Below the pieces are notes generated by a model, which worked only from the letters and a program-made list of their open reading frames with translations, was not told the origin of the DNA and ran no database searches. Shown here piece after piece: positions 48,961 through 62,710 of a DNA stretch of 64,000 bases. Position 1 is the stretch's first letter. Each line of letters begins with the position of its first letter. The position numbers were made by a program, and so were the translations under genes. This stretch comes from Eledone cirrhosa (taxonomy: Eukaryota), in NCBI GenBank assembly GCA_964016885.1, contig OZ024755.1, forward strand, positions 20,522,001 through 20,586,000, written 5' to 3'.

Positions 48961-50288
48961 CTCTACAGCATGCACTGGGAGCATACTTTCTGTGGCTGGA
49001 TGCCCTTCTTAACACTAATCACTTTACAGTGTATACTAGGAGCATAGTTTCTATGGCGGGATGCCCGTCTTAACACCAACCACTTTACAGTGTATACTGG
49101 AAGCATAGTTTCTATGGCTGGATGCCCGTCTTAACACCAACCACTTTACAGCGTATACTGGAAGCATTTTATCATGACTTTGGCACTTCCACCTTACAGG
49201 TTGGACTGGGTGTTCTTCACTGTTACACCAGCACTATCCTCTTATGGGATGGACTGTGTACTTTTATTGTGGTTCCTTATTCATGTTGCAGGAAACTCAT
49301 GTGTTGAAAGTAATATCACAAGGCATGTCCAATGCTCTATTAGTTCTACCATTCCACCATCTTGAACTGGTGTCTTATTTATGAATCCTGAAGAGATAAA
49401 AGGTAAAGTTGATCTCTGCAGGATTTGAATTCATAGCACAGAGAACTGGAATGAAATATTTTAATCCAATTCTTTAACGATTCTGCCAAATTTACCTCCT
49501 TCTTTTCAGAGTATACAATAGAAATATCACCGAAATCTTAAGACATAATGAAGATAAAAGAAAAAGCTGAAATCAAATATATCACCATCTGCTTGTTTCC
49601 AATAGAACCTTGCCCAACAGAAATTGGTAAGACATAGCACAATATAGCATTTAATGGAGTAATAACAAGCAACATCTACTTTATTTACCAGCTTGAAACA
49701 TAAGAGATAAAAATAAAAATAATGATAAAAAATAAACAACTTTAAATATTTCAGTGAAACTAAAATGAGTGAGAATGCTTTCTCTAGCATCTTGTTTACT
49801 TACAGAATTCATTGCATTTATTAATGGCACTAAGGGAAGTTGATGTGTTGATGAACTGCCAACTGTAATGTATGGAAGCCAATAATGTCAGAAAACAATA
49901 TATGTATTTGTTGTACATGGTAGAAATAAATGAAGTTGGAGAAAAGGGAAACTGAAAGTTCTTAGATGAATTTTTAAATTGATAAACAAAACAAAACATA
50001 AGAAAAACTAAATTTAAATATCAAATACCGATACATGCGTGTATATGTGTGTGAGTTTGTCCAAACCTAGCTAGCAGAGGAAAACAGGTGTGAAATGATG
50101 ATGACAATGATGTGTGTGTATGTATGGCTTCATATGTGTACACATCTGTGTATAAAAATGAGTGTGAGCATGTGTGTATCGTACACACATACAAACTCAT
50201 ACATACTCATTTTACATCTACTTTTTCTGCTTACCTATTTTTACAACAAGCTTCTGCAGCTTTCATTTACCCAATCCCACTCACAGAT

Positions 50289-50607
50289 CACTGAGCAGCC
50301 TGAGTATATAGTAGCAGACAAGATACTTGCTGAAGGTACTGCACTGTTGGACTGAAACCAAAGCTAACTGGTTGAGCCAAGCTTAATATAAAAGTCACTG
50401 AGCAGCCCGAGTCTATAGTAGAAGACAAGATACTTGCCCAAGGTGCTACACTGCTGGATTGAACCCAAAACCAACTAGTTGAGCCAAGCTTAATATAAAA
50501 GTCACTGAGCAGCCCGAGTCTATAGTAGAAGACAAGATACTTGCTGAAGGTGCTGCACTGTTGGACTGAACCCAAAACCAACTGATTGAGCCATGATAAT
50601 TATAAAA
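50289..50607. repeat. 107-bp tandem repeat x3 (SINE-derived, minus)
   Basis: cactgagcagc at 50289, 50396 and 50503. Confidence 0.9.
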
Positions 50608-50629
50608 GATCATGTAAACCATACTTACT

Positions 50630-51245
50630 TAAAATGAGACTTTTGAGTCTGTTTTGGTTTCACCAAAGCTTTGAGGTTGATATTTCAGGTTAAATAAATA
50701 ACAGAGAGCAACAGAGATATTTTAAAATGTAAATCTGTCATCTGTGATCCAATTTTTTTTATTTTTTTTTTTATTAGTTTTGTGGATGAAAATGTTCAAA
50801 CCTGCACAATATCTGAAATAAATGTAACTCTTGGCAATTTTTAGTTTTTAAAAATATTCACAGAGAATAATTGTCAGAAATCATGTCAACAGCATTTGGA
50901 ACTGAAGGAAACTCATCATATTTCATCTTGTATATGGAATTTGTTATCAAGTTAATAATCTATATTTGTTAAGCTAACTACAAGGTGTTTTCCAGACTTT
51001 TATTTGGTAGGTGAATATTGGTTTATAAATGTATGTAGTCTTCTTCTTTAGCAGAATCATAAAAATGACTTTCAGCTGACTCTTGCAACAACCCGATTTT
51101 TTTTCAATAAATTTTGTAAAATTGCCTTTATCTTGATCACATTCACTCAACACTTTTAATAGCATAAACTGGTCCAAATCTTCATTTTATAGCTCAGAGA
51201 TGAACAGCTTTCATTTCATCTTGATATCATTTCTAAAGTCTGTCA
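50630..51245 (-). mobile_element. Fossil hAT transposase C-terminus (GTF2IRD2/SPIN/Charlie-like)
   Basis: Broken frames give MK*KLFISEL*NEDLDQF...ESHFYDSAKEE...KMKYDEF...SQMTDLHFKISLLLSV...ALVKPKQTQKSH, resembling the hAT dimerisation region ending Q.Q.SH. Confidence 0.7.
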
Positions 51246-52106
51246 CAAGCTCAGAGGCCAGTGCTTATCCCAGTTTTGTGACGTGAAGCGACTGAGAAGA
51301 TATAACAGTGGAACAGCGACCTAGTGGAGAACAGGATCACTATATTCCAAATCTAATATTTCACAATATTCTCTGAAATTTTCATCAGGTTAAAGCTCTT
51401 ATAATAATAATAATTTTATTTACATATTTCATGATTAAAACAATATGCTGCAAGTGTTAAAAAACTTTGTTGTGCTTTTCATAGGTTTTGTCAGTGTTTT
51501 TTTTTTCTGGTTTGATGCCTCTTTCTATCACCAACCACTTTACGGCATGAACTGGGTGTATTATTCATGCCATCGGCATTGGAGAGGTTGTCTTACTGAA
51601 CTTGAAAGTCTTCTTCCACTCTACATCAACTTTTATTCAGAGTGTCTACTCTCCTAGGCAGGTTGTCTTCACTATAGCTTACAGAGTCTACATCTGCCCT
51701 GTGTTGAATGGAGAGATGCTGTACTGAAAAGGGCCCGTTGAACCCATGCTAGCATGAAAAAACAAACGAAAAAAACGATGATGATGATGATGGTAAGTTT
51801 TTTCATATTATGAATCTTGGATTGAAAGTGGCCAGGTGGAATTGGATGTGTAATATATTATATTATTGGGGTTTCCTTATGGTTTTATTTTCTATATTTG
51901 TTATCATTGATTTATTATCACAGTAATATGTTTGTTGTTTAAATCAATAATGTAACTCTAGGTCTATGGAAAAAAGCCATCCCATTTCAAATGGTTCTGA
52001 TTAAAATCTTCAAACAGGATTTTATATAAGAACCTTTTGTTATTTTAGAAATACCATCTTAATAATTGGAATAATTTGAATAAATCCTTCCAGATTCTTC
52101 ATTAAC

Positions 52107-52334
52107 CCTTTAGTTGCCAGCACAGCCAAAACTGGCTCTGGTTCTATGAAATAAAACCACCCATTTTAAAAGTTTCCAATTTAAATTAAAATCTTCCAAT
52201 ATAATTTTATATAAGAACCTTACATTAAGTTACTATTTTAGTAATGAAATAATTAATACTTTTAGTAAATTTCTCAAAATTCTTCATTAATTAATAGAAA
52301 TAGAGTATTTCATTAGAAATCTGGTTATGAAAGG
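52107..52334 (+). mobile_element. Second TTAA-flanked (piggyBac-like) MITE family
   Basis: ttaa|cccttt ... aaagga|ttaa. Related fragments at 30450-30570(-), 37807-37985, 51950-52100 and 55195-55350. Confidence 0.6.
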
Positions 52335-54084
52335 ATTAATTAGTTGAGTAGGAAAGTGAATTTTTGTTTTTAATAAGTAATATACTTTGTCAATTTTTTC
52401 TCCATTATTTTACTACGTTAGGGATAGAATCTATGAAAAATCTTTGGATCCTGTATTGTCGAGCTCCTCCGCAAGATCGGAACATCAGCAGCCCATCTGA
52501 GGAAGGTGCCCCATGAGGTGGGGTGACTGTTGCAGTGGGCGTCGCTGGTCACTGTCTGTGGGAATGCTTTTGCAGTCATGTTCACAGAGCGCAGCCCCAA
52601 TACCACCATGCTCTAGGCCGAGAGCCCATCACCTTTCCCATTCCCCTCCCCATTCTTCTCTGATCCAAGAGCCCTTGCCATTTCCATTTTCAGAACCACA
52701 AAAGGCACTTGAATTTTTTACAATAAAGAATAATTAGAAAATATAATTAATGCAATTAGGTTGTTATGTTAATGTGACATAAATATTAACAAAAGTGTTG
52801 GATCTAATTCAGATATTTGGAGTGCAGACTGGGAGTTCTGAATCATGATTGGTACAATGTAAAATATTTTCCACAGGATAGTTTGATGGCATGCATTCAT
52901 AAAGATAAACAACAATAACAATAAACAAACAATATGGCATGAAGCCAATATAAGAGAGAGTTAAATAGCTAATAAAAATGTTCATATGTACGTAATCATC
53001 ATCATCACCATTGACATCATTTTTACATTGACCCTTCTATGCTGGTGTAGGTTGGATGAGAATAGGTAATGCTTTACAGTTGGATGGACGCCCTTTCTGA
53101 CACCTAACCAACCTTGTTAGTTGCTTATTACAACACACAGGAATATATGGTGTTCCTATTGGTAAAGTGTAATTTGTGAATGTTTTTATTACCAAATTAT
53201 AAAACTAGAAAAACCTGTAAGCTCCGATTCACGCCAGGTTTTGACTTTAGAGCTGAAATAGAATAGCTAAAAGATATTTATGACTTCATACCACCATCAC
53301 CACCACCATCACAACCACTAGCATTATCATCATCACCATCACAACCATCATCACAAGCACCACCATCACAAACTATCACCACCGCCACCATCATTAGGTT
53401 CTGACCATATACATGAAATCCAATAACTAATTAGAAGATATTTCTGACTTCATTTTACATGTAAATTTTTCCTCAAAGTCAATTTTTAGTTGCAAGTTCT
53501 GCTTCAATTTGTATGGACCTTGCTTGCCTGCAGCGATTTTCACCCAAACCAATCTCATTATTGTATGTATATATAGACCTGTAATTTCTGATGGAATCAT
53601 AGGAGCACTGCAGTGACATACTGTGTGGCTTGGGTACTTTTTAAACCTGGCAGTGCCTATCCCCGCTTCAGGTCTGAAAACAGTCTAATTCTTCCAAAGA
53701 TGGAGAGAAAATGCAGAAGAGATATAGAGGATGAATCAACCCCAGTACTTGACAGCTATGTTTTATTACCCTCAAATGGTTGAATGGCAAAGTTGACCTT
53801 GGAAGATTTTGAACTCAGAGAGCAAAGAGCTGGAATAAATACGACAAAGTATTCTATACAACATTCTAATGACTGTCTTTTCACTGCCTTAATCTCACTA
53901 TTTCAATTATATAAATATGAAATGCAGACTCATATACATGTAGCTGATCTCTCAGACTTTTCCACTGAGGGGATAAAGTTAATATAATATAGCTTATAAA
54001 ATATTTTCTAAGCTATATTATAGCATCTCCACATCTGAGCACACTGCTCTTTATATTAACCAAATACTATATATTTCTACAGCA

Positions 54085-54320
54085 GGGTGGTGGATTGGCA
54101 GTATCGGTAGAGGGTCGGACGCCATGCTTTGCAGCATAGAGTTACGGCTCTTTATGATCTGAGTTCAAATCCTGCCGAGATTAACTTTGCCTTTCACCCT
54201 TACAGGGTCGATAAAATAAAGTACCAGATAAAATAAAGTACCAGTCACACACTAGGGTCGATTTAATTGACTTTCCCCTCCCCCAAAATTGCTGGCCTTG
54301 TGCCTATATAAGAAACCACT
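54085..54320 (+). mobile_element. SINE family A, long variant
   Basis: Full head and body. Flanked by repeated actatatatttctacagca (TSD-like). Confidence 0.88.
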
Positions 54321-54825
54321 ATATATTTCTACAGCATATAATTACAACATTACTACTGTTCCTCTGAAATCATACCTTAACATGCATTTCTCAATTACTT
54401 CAATATTTACAAAGCAGCAGGGATGCCAGAAATATTAGTGATCGTTTATTTGATCTTATTTTTAATTAAAACATTAAATATTTAGTCTATAACTGAAAGA
54501 AATAATTTAAATGTCAAACATATACATTGTAGATACATTTCATAAAATTTCACTTGAAAAACCAAAGTAAACTTTGATAAAATAATTAACAAAAAGCATT
54601 TAAACACATATGATATTTGCAATGTATTTATTCATTTAAAGAAATTCACATTTAAGTATTAAATATCACAGTTTAATTGCTAGTTCGTAAAACAAGTAAA
54701 GAAAAATCATTTATAAATCGTTTTAAAATTTTGCCATCAAAAAGAAAAAAACTGGTAACCTGACAAAAAGTGCAATATCTTAAAATTATCTTGAAATATT
54801 GATTCAAGGTGAAGGTATATTGCTT

Positions 54826-55015
54826 TGTGGTTAGAGAATTGGATTCACAATCATGAGGTTGTGAGTTTGATTCCCAGATCAGGCAATGTGTTATGTCCTT
54901 GAGCAAGACACTTTATTTCATGTAGCTCTTTCTGCCAGGAGTTGCAACCGGTAGATGGTATCAGCAATGGAAAGACCAATGGAAACATTGTTTCTTGGTC
55001 CAATTTGACAAGTTC
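54826..55015 (+). mobile_element. SINE family B, older copy
   Basis: CpG-depleted homologue of 11697-11906. Confidence 0.8.
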
Positions 55016-55378
55016 CACCCCACTTAATAATCGAATGAGGTCTGGGATTTTATTGATCATCAAATATATATATATTGATTCAAAATAAATCAAGATAGAT
55101 GCACAGCATAGATGAAATTCAACAATAATAAAGTGCTGTTGTCGATGTCATTTTAAAATTGAGAACAACTGTGTTACCTTAAAAGCAATATTTTAAAAAG
55201 AGACTCATTTTAAAAAGTTTTGATTGAAATTAAAATCTTCCAACATAATTTCATATAAGAACCTTCTGTTATGTTATGTTAGAAATGCCATCATAATGAT
55301 GATGAAATAATTAATAATTTTAGTAAATCCCTCAAAATTGTTCATTAATCAATTTAAATATCGTAATTAAAGTATTAA

Positions 55379-55569
55379 CCCTTTAGCATTTAAACCGGCC
55401 ATATCCATATTACTGTTCAAAGCCACTCATACTTATGTTAAGGTATTGTTCTCAAAATAAATAATATCAAAATCTCTTAGATTCGATATTATGTGAGATA
55501 ATTATGTAAGATAAAGCCTTTAACACAAAAATACAATAGTAAATATAGAGTAATATAAATACTAAAGGG
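55379..55569 (+). mobile_element. piggyBac-like MITE
   Basis: TTAA|ccctttagcattta ... taaatactaaaggg|TTAA. Confidence 0.85.
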
Positions 55570-55611
55570 TTAAAGATAGAATTTAGAAGTAATGGTATCA
55601 TCCTAGTAATA

Positions 55612-55828
55612 ATAGTTTTTTATTTAAGCACAAGGCCAGCAATTTTGGGGGAGGTGGAAAATCGATTAAATCGACCCAGTACTTGACTGGTACTTTATTT
55701 TATCAACCCAGAAAGATGAAAGGCAAAGTTGACCTCTATGGGATTTGAACTCAGAACATAAACGGCCATAACTAAATGCCACAAAAAATATTTTGTCTGA
55801 TACTAAAGATTCTGTTAATCCACTACCT
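55612..55828 (-). mobile_element. SINE family A, older long variant
   Basis: Diverged match to consensus. Confidence 0.75.
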
Positions 55829-56125
55829 CATCATGCTACTATAAATATATAAAAGTGACATTGAATTTATGCTCCCGAAAATATCCCCTCCCCCACCCAC
55901 AAGTCATACTTGTGTAGAAGTAATTTTTTTTTTTATTAAAGTTAACAATAAAAATCCTCTGAATTTTAATATTAGTAATGGGGATCAGAATTATATGGAA
56001 GGAAAGGTTTTTTTCCCCAAAGAAGATTAAAAACAATAATTTGTTTGTTAAATTGTTTGCATTTAATTCAAGTATAGAAATGAATATTTCTACTGCACAT
56101 TATATATATCTAATTAAGTCACTGG

Positions 56126-56228
56126 ATACCAGGAATTTTAGGTGAATGTATGTATGCATGTATACATGCATGTATATACATTTTTATATTTCAATATATA
56201 ACTACCAGGAATTTTAGGTGTATGCATG

Positions 56229-56259
<31 letters not shown>

Positions 56260-56823
56260 TTCAATATATAATTACCATGAATTTTATTTGAATGCATGCA
56301 TGTATATACATATGTATATATATATATATATATATATACATATATATTTCAATATATAACTACCAGGAATTTTAGGTGTATGCATGTATATACATATATA
56401 TATATTTCAATATATAATTACCATGAATTTTATTTGAATGCATGCATGTATATACATATGTATATATATATATATACATATATATTTCAATATATAACTA
56501 CCAGGAATTTTAGGTGTATGCATGTATATACATATATATATATATTTCAATATATAATTACCATGAATTTTATTTGAATGCATGCATGTATATATATATG
56601 TATATATATATATATACATATATATTTCAATATATAACTACCAGGAATTTTAGGTGTATGCATGTATATACATATATATATATTTCAATATATAATTACC
56701 ATGAATTTTATTTGAATGCATGCATGTATATACATATGTGTATATATATATATACATATATATTTCAATATATAACTACCAGAAATCTTAGGTGTATGCA
56801 TGCATGTGTTTATATATATATAT
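56126..56823. repeat. Dimeric minisatellite (alternating accaggaattttagg / accatgaattttatt subunits with variable (TA)n)
   Basis: About 5 dimers. The array resumes at 57280-57340 after the LINE insertion. Confidence 0.92.
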
Positions 56824-56832
56824 ATATAATGT

Positions 56833-57270
56833 GCAATGTCAACTCTGGATGTCAGTGAGCAAGTCCAGCTAACCTCAGTCTCCTCTGTGTCACTTTTGAG
56901 CTGACTTTTGGGATGCTCCCATACAGCTCTGAGTTTTTCATCCTCAGTGTATACTGATTAATGTTCAGAGCCATCCTCAGCATTCTCGTGTGTAGCACCC
57001 ATCCACCATCTGAGTGAGTTTCTTGGTCAGTGTCCAAGTCTCAGACCCGTACAGCAGCACAGACTCCACTACAGCAACTAGTGCTCCTGTGGGAGCCCCT
57101 ACATGGACACACTAGAAGTGGAAGACCAAGGTTAACGTATGTTGATGCCCTAAGGACAGACACTGGTCTGTTGGAGACGCAGGACATGGCAGCGATAATG
57201 AGGGACAGAGACCGCTGGAGAGAACTCGTCCATGGATCTCGGGAATTTTACCCGCCTTAGATAGATAGAC
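56833..57270 (+). mobile_element. 5'-inverted RTE-X-like LINE insertion with 9-bp TSD
   Basis: Minus part VESVLLYGSETWTLTK..DGCYTRMLRMALNI..RRLRLAG..HPELTL. Plus part QLVLLWEPLHG..GRPRLTYVDAL..DRDRWR, then a (TAGA)n tail. TSD atataatgt at 56824-56832 and 57271-57279. Confidence 0.85.
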
Positions 57271-57478
57271 ATATAATGTATATTTCAATATATAACTACT
57301 AGGAATTGTAGGTATATGCATGCATGTATATATTTCAATATTTAAAAACGAGCCAGATTTCTATCTGACCCGTTTCATGTTAGTTCAAGTCTTTGTTAAT
57401 ACAGAAATATAATTTTATTCAGAAAATTGAATAATTAATTTAATTATCAGAGGTAAATAACTGATATTTAAAAAAGGA

Positions 57479-57480
<2 letters not shown>

Positions 57481-57557
<77 letters not shown>

Positions 57558-57576
57558 TGTGCGTGTGTGTGTGTGT
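57481..57576. repeat. (GT)n microsatellite
   Basis: Directly visible. Confidence 0.97.
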
Positions 57577-57595
57577 ATATATATATATAAAAAAA

Positions 57596-57727
57596 GGAAT
57601 TGTGGTAAGGAACCAGATGGACCATAACGCACCAGAGTACTCAATACTTAGGGTAGTAGAGTGGGAAATAGGAAAAAGTATGACCCCGACGGCAGAGCTC
57701 AAGCCGTCGGGGTCATACTTTTTCCTA
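57596..57727 (-). mobile_element. Family P copy folded back at stem III
   Basis: aggaaaaagtatgaccccgacggc-agagctcaa-gccgtcggggtcatactttttcct is a perfect hairpin. Confidence 0.75.
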
Positions 57728-58025
57728 TATATATATGTATATATTTATATATATATATATATATATACAGAGAAAGAGAGGTAAACATACATACAAACAC
57801 ACACATTATATATATATATCATCATCATCATTTTACGTCTGCTTTTCCCTGCTTATATATAATATTAACAATAATAATAACAATATTGTTATTATTAAGT
57901 TGAAACTTTACCAGCTTATAAGCTGGATGCAATGGGGTTCACACACAAATGATATATAATATTAATAAAAAACACCAAATGCAATGATTCTTTGGTCTTT
58001 TTTATAAATTATATATATATATAAT

Positions 58026-58206
58026 ATAGAAATGGCTTCTACAGGACTAGAACTGCTTCATTCAAAGGAAATCATCAGGAAAGCCTGATGATTTCCTTCG
58101 AATGAAACAGTTCTAGTCCTGTAGGAGCCATTACTATATTAAACATTTATACTCTGCTATCTATTGAGTACCTTACTTACTGTGGTTACCCCCGATTGAA
58201 CCCGGG

Positions 58207-58208
<2 letters not shown>
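58026..58208 (+). mobile_element. Fold-back palindrome (58026-58137) with hammerhead-like core plus unique tail
   Basis: CTGATGA at 58085, GAAAC at 58104, GTC at 58116. Inverted copy upstream. Flanked by microsatellites. Confidence 0.6.
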
Positions 58209-58280
<72 letters not shown>

Positions 58281-59054
58281 ATGAGAGAGAGGGGGTGGAA
58301 CAGAGTAATGTAAAGAATAAAAATAAAAATTATTTGTTGAACTGGAGTGTTTTACAAATATTTATAAGTATTAAAATATGGGCAAAATATAAAATATCTA
58401 TTAAATTATTGTTATGAAAAAGAAATATGTTTCTAGCCAATTAAATATTTCAGTATTTTTGTATAAAATATTTGAGAATAAAGAATAATTCAGGGTTAAA
58501 ATGCTTGAGAGATAACAAAAGAAAAGAGAAATTCCAATAAATGAAAAGAAAACTAAAATTCTTATTATGTCAATTAGAAAAATAGTAAAATGGTTCCATG
58601 TCTTATAGTTGTAAAAAAATTAATTTTAATAGTTTAGTAGTGCAAAATAAAGGAACTGATATTTTAGATGTGATGCTACAACCATTTAATCAAAATGCAT
58701 CATTGCTTAGTAAAATATTGATAATTACTAGAATTTTGAATAATAAAACTGGCTAATGGCTAATTCCGATTATAAACATCGACAAATTAGATATACAGTT
58801 ATACATATATGCAATGATTTTTGCAAATCTCTCTTTCTCTTTTTGTGTGTATACATATTTATATATACATATATATATATACAATGTCACTGGACCGTGA
58901 CCTTTGGCGGTACTCAGTAACAGAGAAGACCCGCCTTGCCAGTAGGCATCTCTAACAAACTACACCCCGTCCCGCCACCACCCCCACCCCATCCACACCA
59001 CCCCGTTCCATGTAAAGTTATGTTGGTGCCGCGCCATCCAGGCCGAAACAAACG

Positions 59055-59311
59055 AGATCGTGTAGGTGTCACGACAAAAAAACACAACAGTCCACGCTGT
59101 AATGTGGCCGTGTAGGCAACACGGTAAAAACCTCCCAGACCCACACTGTAAAAGTGGTTGGTGTTAGGAAGGGCATCCAACTGTAGAAAACCTGCCAGAC
59201 AGTCCTATGCGAGCAAGACAATCACTCTTGCCTCAAGTGGGACTACCCCCGTCCAAACCCATGCAAGCGTGGAACACGGACGTTAAACGTTGATGATGAT
59301 GATGATGATGA
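59055..59311 (+). mobile_element. SINE family C tail
   Basis: gtggttggtgttaggaagggcatcc...cccatgcaagcgtggaa...(GAT)n. Confidence 0.75.
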
Positions 59312-59581
59312 TATATATGATAGAAAAAAACGAAGTTTTGTTTACATATTTGTTTGTCACATCACCAGTCTGAGGATCAAGTCGATAGTGGAGTTAGGTC
59401 CATGGTTCCTATGGATGACCCTGAGCCATTCCTCTGCAAAATGTGTGTAACAGGTTGATATACAATAAATATCTTTTATATGTAAACGAAACTTCCTCAT
59501 TTTCTTCTATTATATACACTCTGCCTGTGCATAGAGGGCTTGCTTTGGTACCAATACCAGTAATTCACTGAACCACCTACA

Positions 59582-59793
59582 CAGGAATGTCAAACATGCA
59601 GTCCACGGGGCACATGAAGCCCTTTGCAAGCACACATGCGCCTGCACAAAGGTTCTTACAGCACCAGCATGTTTTATCTTTGTAATATTATAAAATTAAA
59701 AAAATGTATTGTAATGTGCGCTATTAGTTGTCATGTGTGGCCGGCCCTCAGACAACACATGTCCCTTGGAGGGCCCTCAGTTTGACATACCTG
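59582..59793. mobile_element. hAT (Charlie/Buster-like) MITE
   Basis: TIRs caggaatgtcaaac / gtttgacatacctg. TSD acctaca(c) with central TA. Confidence 0.75.
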
Positions 59794-59798
59794 ACCTA

Positions 59799-59843
<45 letters not shown>

Positions 59844-59958
59844 AGTATCAACAGTTTTCCATGAGATGGCAACATAAACGGACCTGTTATTTTTCTCTAA
59901 AAACATTTTTTTCAATTCCATCCCGCCCGTCCCTTCAATCTTTCTAATTCTCATTCTT

Positions 59959-59994
59959 TCTTCTGATGAAGGACTAGTGTCCAAAACGTTAAGA
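59959..59994 (+). ncRNA. Minimal type I hammerhead motif with G12>A change
   Basis: tctt-CTGATGA-a-GGAC-tagt-GTCC-AAAA-cgtt-aaga. The palindromic stem III (aacgtt) is typical of Penelope-associated minimal hammerheads. Confidence 0.65.
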
Positions 59995-60340
59995 CCCTCT
60001 TCCTGCTATTTCAAGCATTAACCTAATATATTCTTTCCATATACTGTACCGATTGTGTTATTCCTGTTTACCTTTTACATATATACACATATATACATAT
60101 ATATACATATATATATATATATATAGATAAATCCAATTAATGGTAGAGTCTAAGCCTTTCTGAAGACGGCGGGTAGTGAAGACATATGTATATTTTCTTA
60201 CTATGATATTTTGTAATATATTTTACATAGATCAATAATAGAATGGACATACGGGGAGCTACCCCCCAGAAACGATCGTAAAATAATGAGTTTTACTTTG
60301 AATTAACCGTTTTTTGTTTAATTTCATTGTTTTCACTATT

Positions 60341-60377
<37 letters not shown>

Positions 60378-60454
60378 TTATGATTTCATCAACTTTCTCC
60401 TCCAAAATGGTAGGCCTTGAGCCTAAATCAAAAAGTGTTATTTTCAAATAGATT

Positions 60455-60662
60455 AGCAGTAATAGGTAGAGCATTGGACAAACGCTTTACAGCATATAGT
60501 TACAGCCCCTTACGTTCTGAGTTCAATTCCCGCCGAAGTTAGTTTTGCCTTTCATTGTTATGGGGGTTGATAAAATAAAGTACCAGTAATACATTGGAAG
60601 TTGATTTAATGGGCTTTGTGCTTCACTTCAAATTGCTGGCCTTGTGCCCAAAAGTAGAAACT
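60455..60662 (+). mobile_element. SINE family A, diverged
   Basis: Match to consensus. Confidence 0.75.
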
Positions 60663-60825
60663 TATTTTCAAACGTATGTGTGTGTGTGTGTCTATATGTG
60701 TGTGTGTGTCTATGTGTATATGTGTGTCTATGTGTGTCTATGTGTCTATGTAGGTAAGTATGTGTGTGTCTATGTATGTATGTGTGTGTGTGTCTATGTA
60801 TGTATGTGTCTATGTATGTAGGTAT

Positions 60826-61265
60826 GTAAGAGTCAATGGCCATCCAAAATCACCGGGAGAGATGACCCCTTAGCCTTTGTCAAGGCAGAATTCTAGGAGA
60901 AGGAAAACTCTGATATAACACCTGCAACCCTGATGGTATCCAATGATGTTGACTTGTTCTTCTTTTTGGTAAATATCATCTTGGTTAAGAGAGTGGGACT
61001 GGCTTTGTGCGGTGCCTTTGCTCACTATAAAAGCTTCATGGCACAGGCATTGCTTTATATCTGGAGATCTCTCTGCACTTGTCGTCACATGGTACCATGG
61101 GCCCAGCACTATGTGTCAATAATTGTCACAAGTGTAGTGTTTGTACCAGAGTTTTCAAGTCGCTGGCTGTACTAAAAAGTCACACTCATTCAGCGCATCG
61201 GTAGGGGTTCTCCTACATGGATATAAAGTAGTGGCCGTACTCGAAAACGAGTTGGCAGCCACCAT
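60826..61265 (+). mobile_element. Bipartite RTE-derived element, 5' truncated
   Basis: Near-identical to the reverse complement of 5968-6407. Confidence 0.8.
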
Positions 61266-61907
61266 GTATGTATGTGTGTATGTGTGTGTGTGTGTATGTA
61301 TGTGTATATGTATGTATGCATGTGTGTGTATGTATGTATGTATGTGTGAGAAAGAAACCATTTTATTTTTAATCCTATGATTAACTCTTAGCAACCTTCA
61401 CAATGTTAATTAATGGAGAAAAACATTTGGTTTTTCAATTAAAACTAACAATTATTTTTGGAACTGTATTTAACTATATTAAGCAATGTGTTTGGTGTTT
61501 TTTTTATACATGTCTGTTTTCATTGTGGGCAATTTCCCTGGGTCCCCTACAGTAAGAGGCACCACCAGATACAACCGTAGCAAGTTATTTGTACCCTCAG
61601 CTAGGCTTTTTGGTTTTAGGATGGTTAGAATGTTTGAATTTAATAGCTGTATGTATAACTTTTCAATTCCAATTACTTACATCAAGCATGTAAAATTGGT
61701 GCGTGTATGTGTGTGTGGGGGGTTACTGTGTATTCTAATTTGTTTGTGTATGAGAACCCCCCACCCTCTAGATCTAACCCTGATTGTGGGGGTCTATTTG
61801 GATCAGCTTATTATCACTAAGTATTAAAATATGGAATTAATGTTTACTTGTCACTCATGTAGACAAAGACAATAAGAGCTATGTACCCTGATGAACAGCA
61901 AACAATA

Positions 61908-62081
61908 ATAATAATTGTTTCTACTTTTGGCACAAGGCCAGCAATTACCCAATACATTACTGGTACTTTATTTTATCGACCCCATAAGGATGAAAGGCAA
62001 AGTTAACCTCGGTGGGATTTGAACTCAGACCATAAAGGTGCTCCAAAGCATGGTGTCCGACCCTCTACTGGTACTACCAAT
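61908..62081 (-). mobile_element. SINE family A
   Basis: Match to consensus. Confidence 0.82.
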
Positions 62082-62273
62082 TTCATGGTATAAACTCTTT
62101 ATTTGACACATTGTGTTAGGCCATAAGATGCAGCAGATTTTCCTACATTCAGCTATACATTAGTCCTCAGACTGAATTGCTTAGACTGACTAAAGTCTTG
62201 TGAGTATAGCTTTGCTTGGCTGTCATTTTTATGTCCTATTTTGACTATTCTGATAAGCTTCTTAGATATGTAT

Positions 62274-62710
62274 AGGGCTGGGCTTTCACCTGCTGAGGCC
62301 CTAAGCTATATGAAATTTGAGGCCCTTATCTAAAAAAATATAATTAATTTTTTTTATATTAATGCTAATGATAAATAATAAAGGGTGTGTGGCCCTGAGC
62401 TATAGCTTATAGGTGAATCTAGCACTGACTACACTGAGCCCCCCACCAAGGGTGTGAGGCCCTAAGCCATAGCTTATTTAACTTATAAGTCCAGCACTGG
62501 CTACAGTGAGTCCCCTCCCGAGAATGTGTGGCCTTAAGCTATCGTTTAATTAGCTTATCGGTAAGTCCAGCACTGGCTACAGTGAGTCCCTCTCCTCACG
62601 GTTTGTGGCCCTAAGCTATAGCTTATAGTTAAGTCCAGCACTGGCTACACTGAGGCCCCCACCGAAGGTGAGGGGCCCTAAGCTATAGTTTATAGGTAAG
62701 CTAAGCATTG
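62274..62710. repeat. Degenerate ~70-bp tandem units (ggccctaagctatagcttat..ccagcactg), probably MITE-end derived
   Basis: 5-6 diverged copies. Confidence 0.7.

Noticed and set aside
49509-49626. Possible plus-strand exon (ttttcag|...|gtaaga), and RFYW on the minus strand as a SNUPN exon
   Set aside because: All three frames from the acceptor contain stops, and the RFYW context does not match snurportin. It could still be a non-coding exon.
49803-49861. Possible 59-nt minus-strand exon with ttacag / gtaagt borders
   Set aside because: No recognisable homology in the open frames. Splice-like words alone are insufficient.
50974-51177. 67-aa ORF as a host exon
   Set aside because: Part of a stop- and frameshift-ridden hAT transposase fossil.
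52418-52737. GC-richer ORF-like patch, possibly a LINE ORF1 remnant
   Set aside because: No motif could be identified with confidence.
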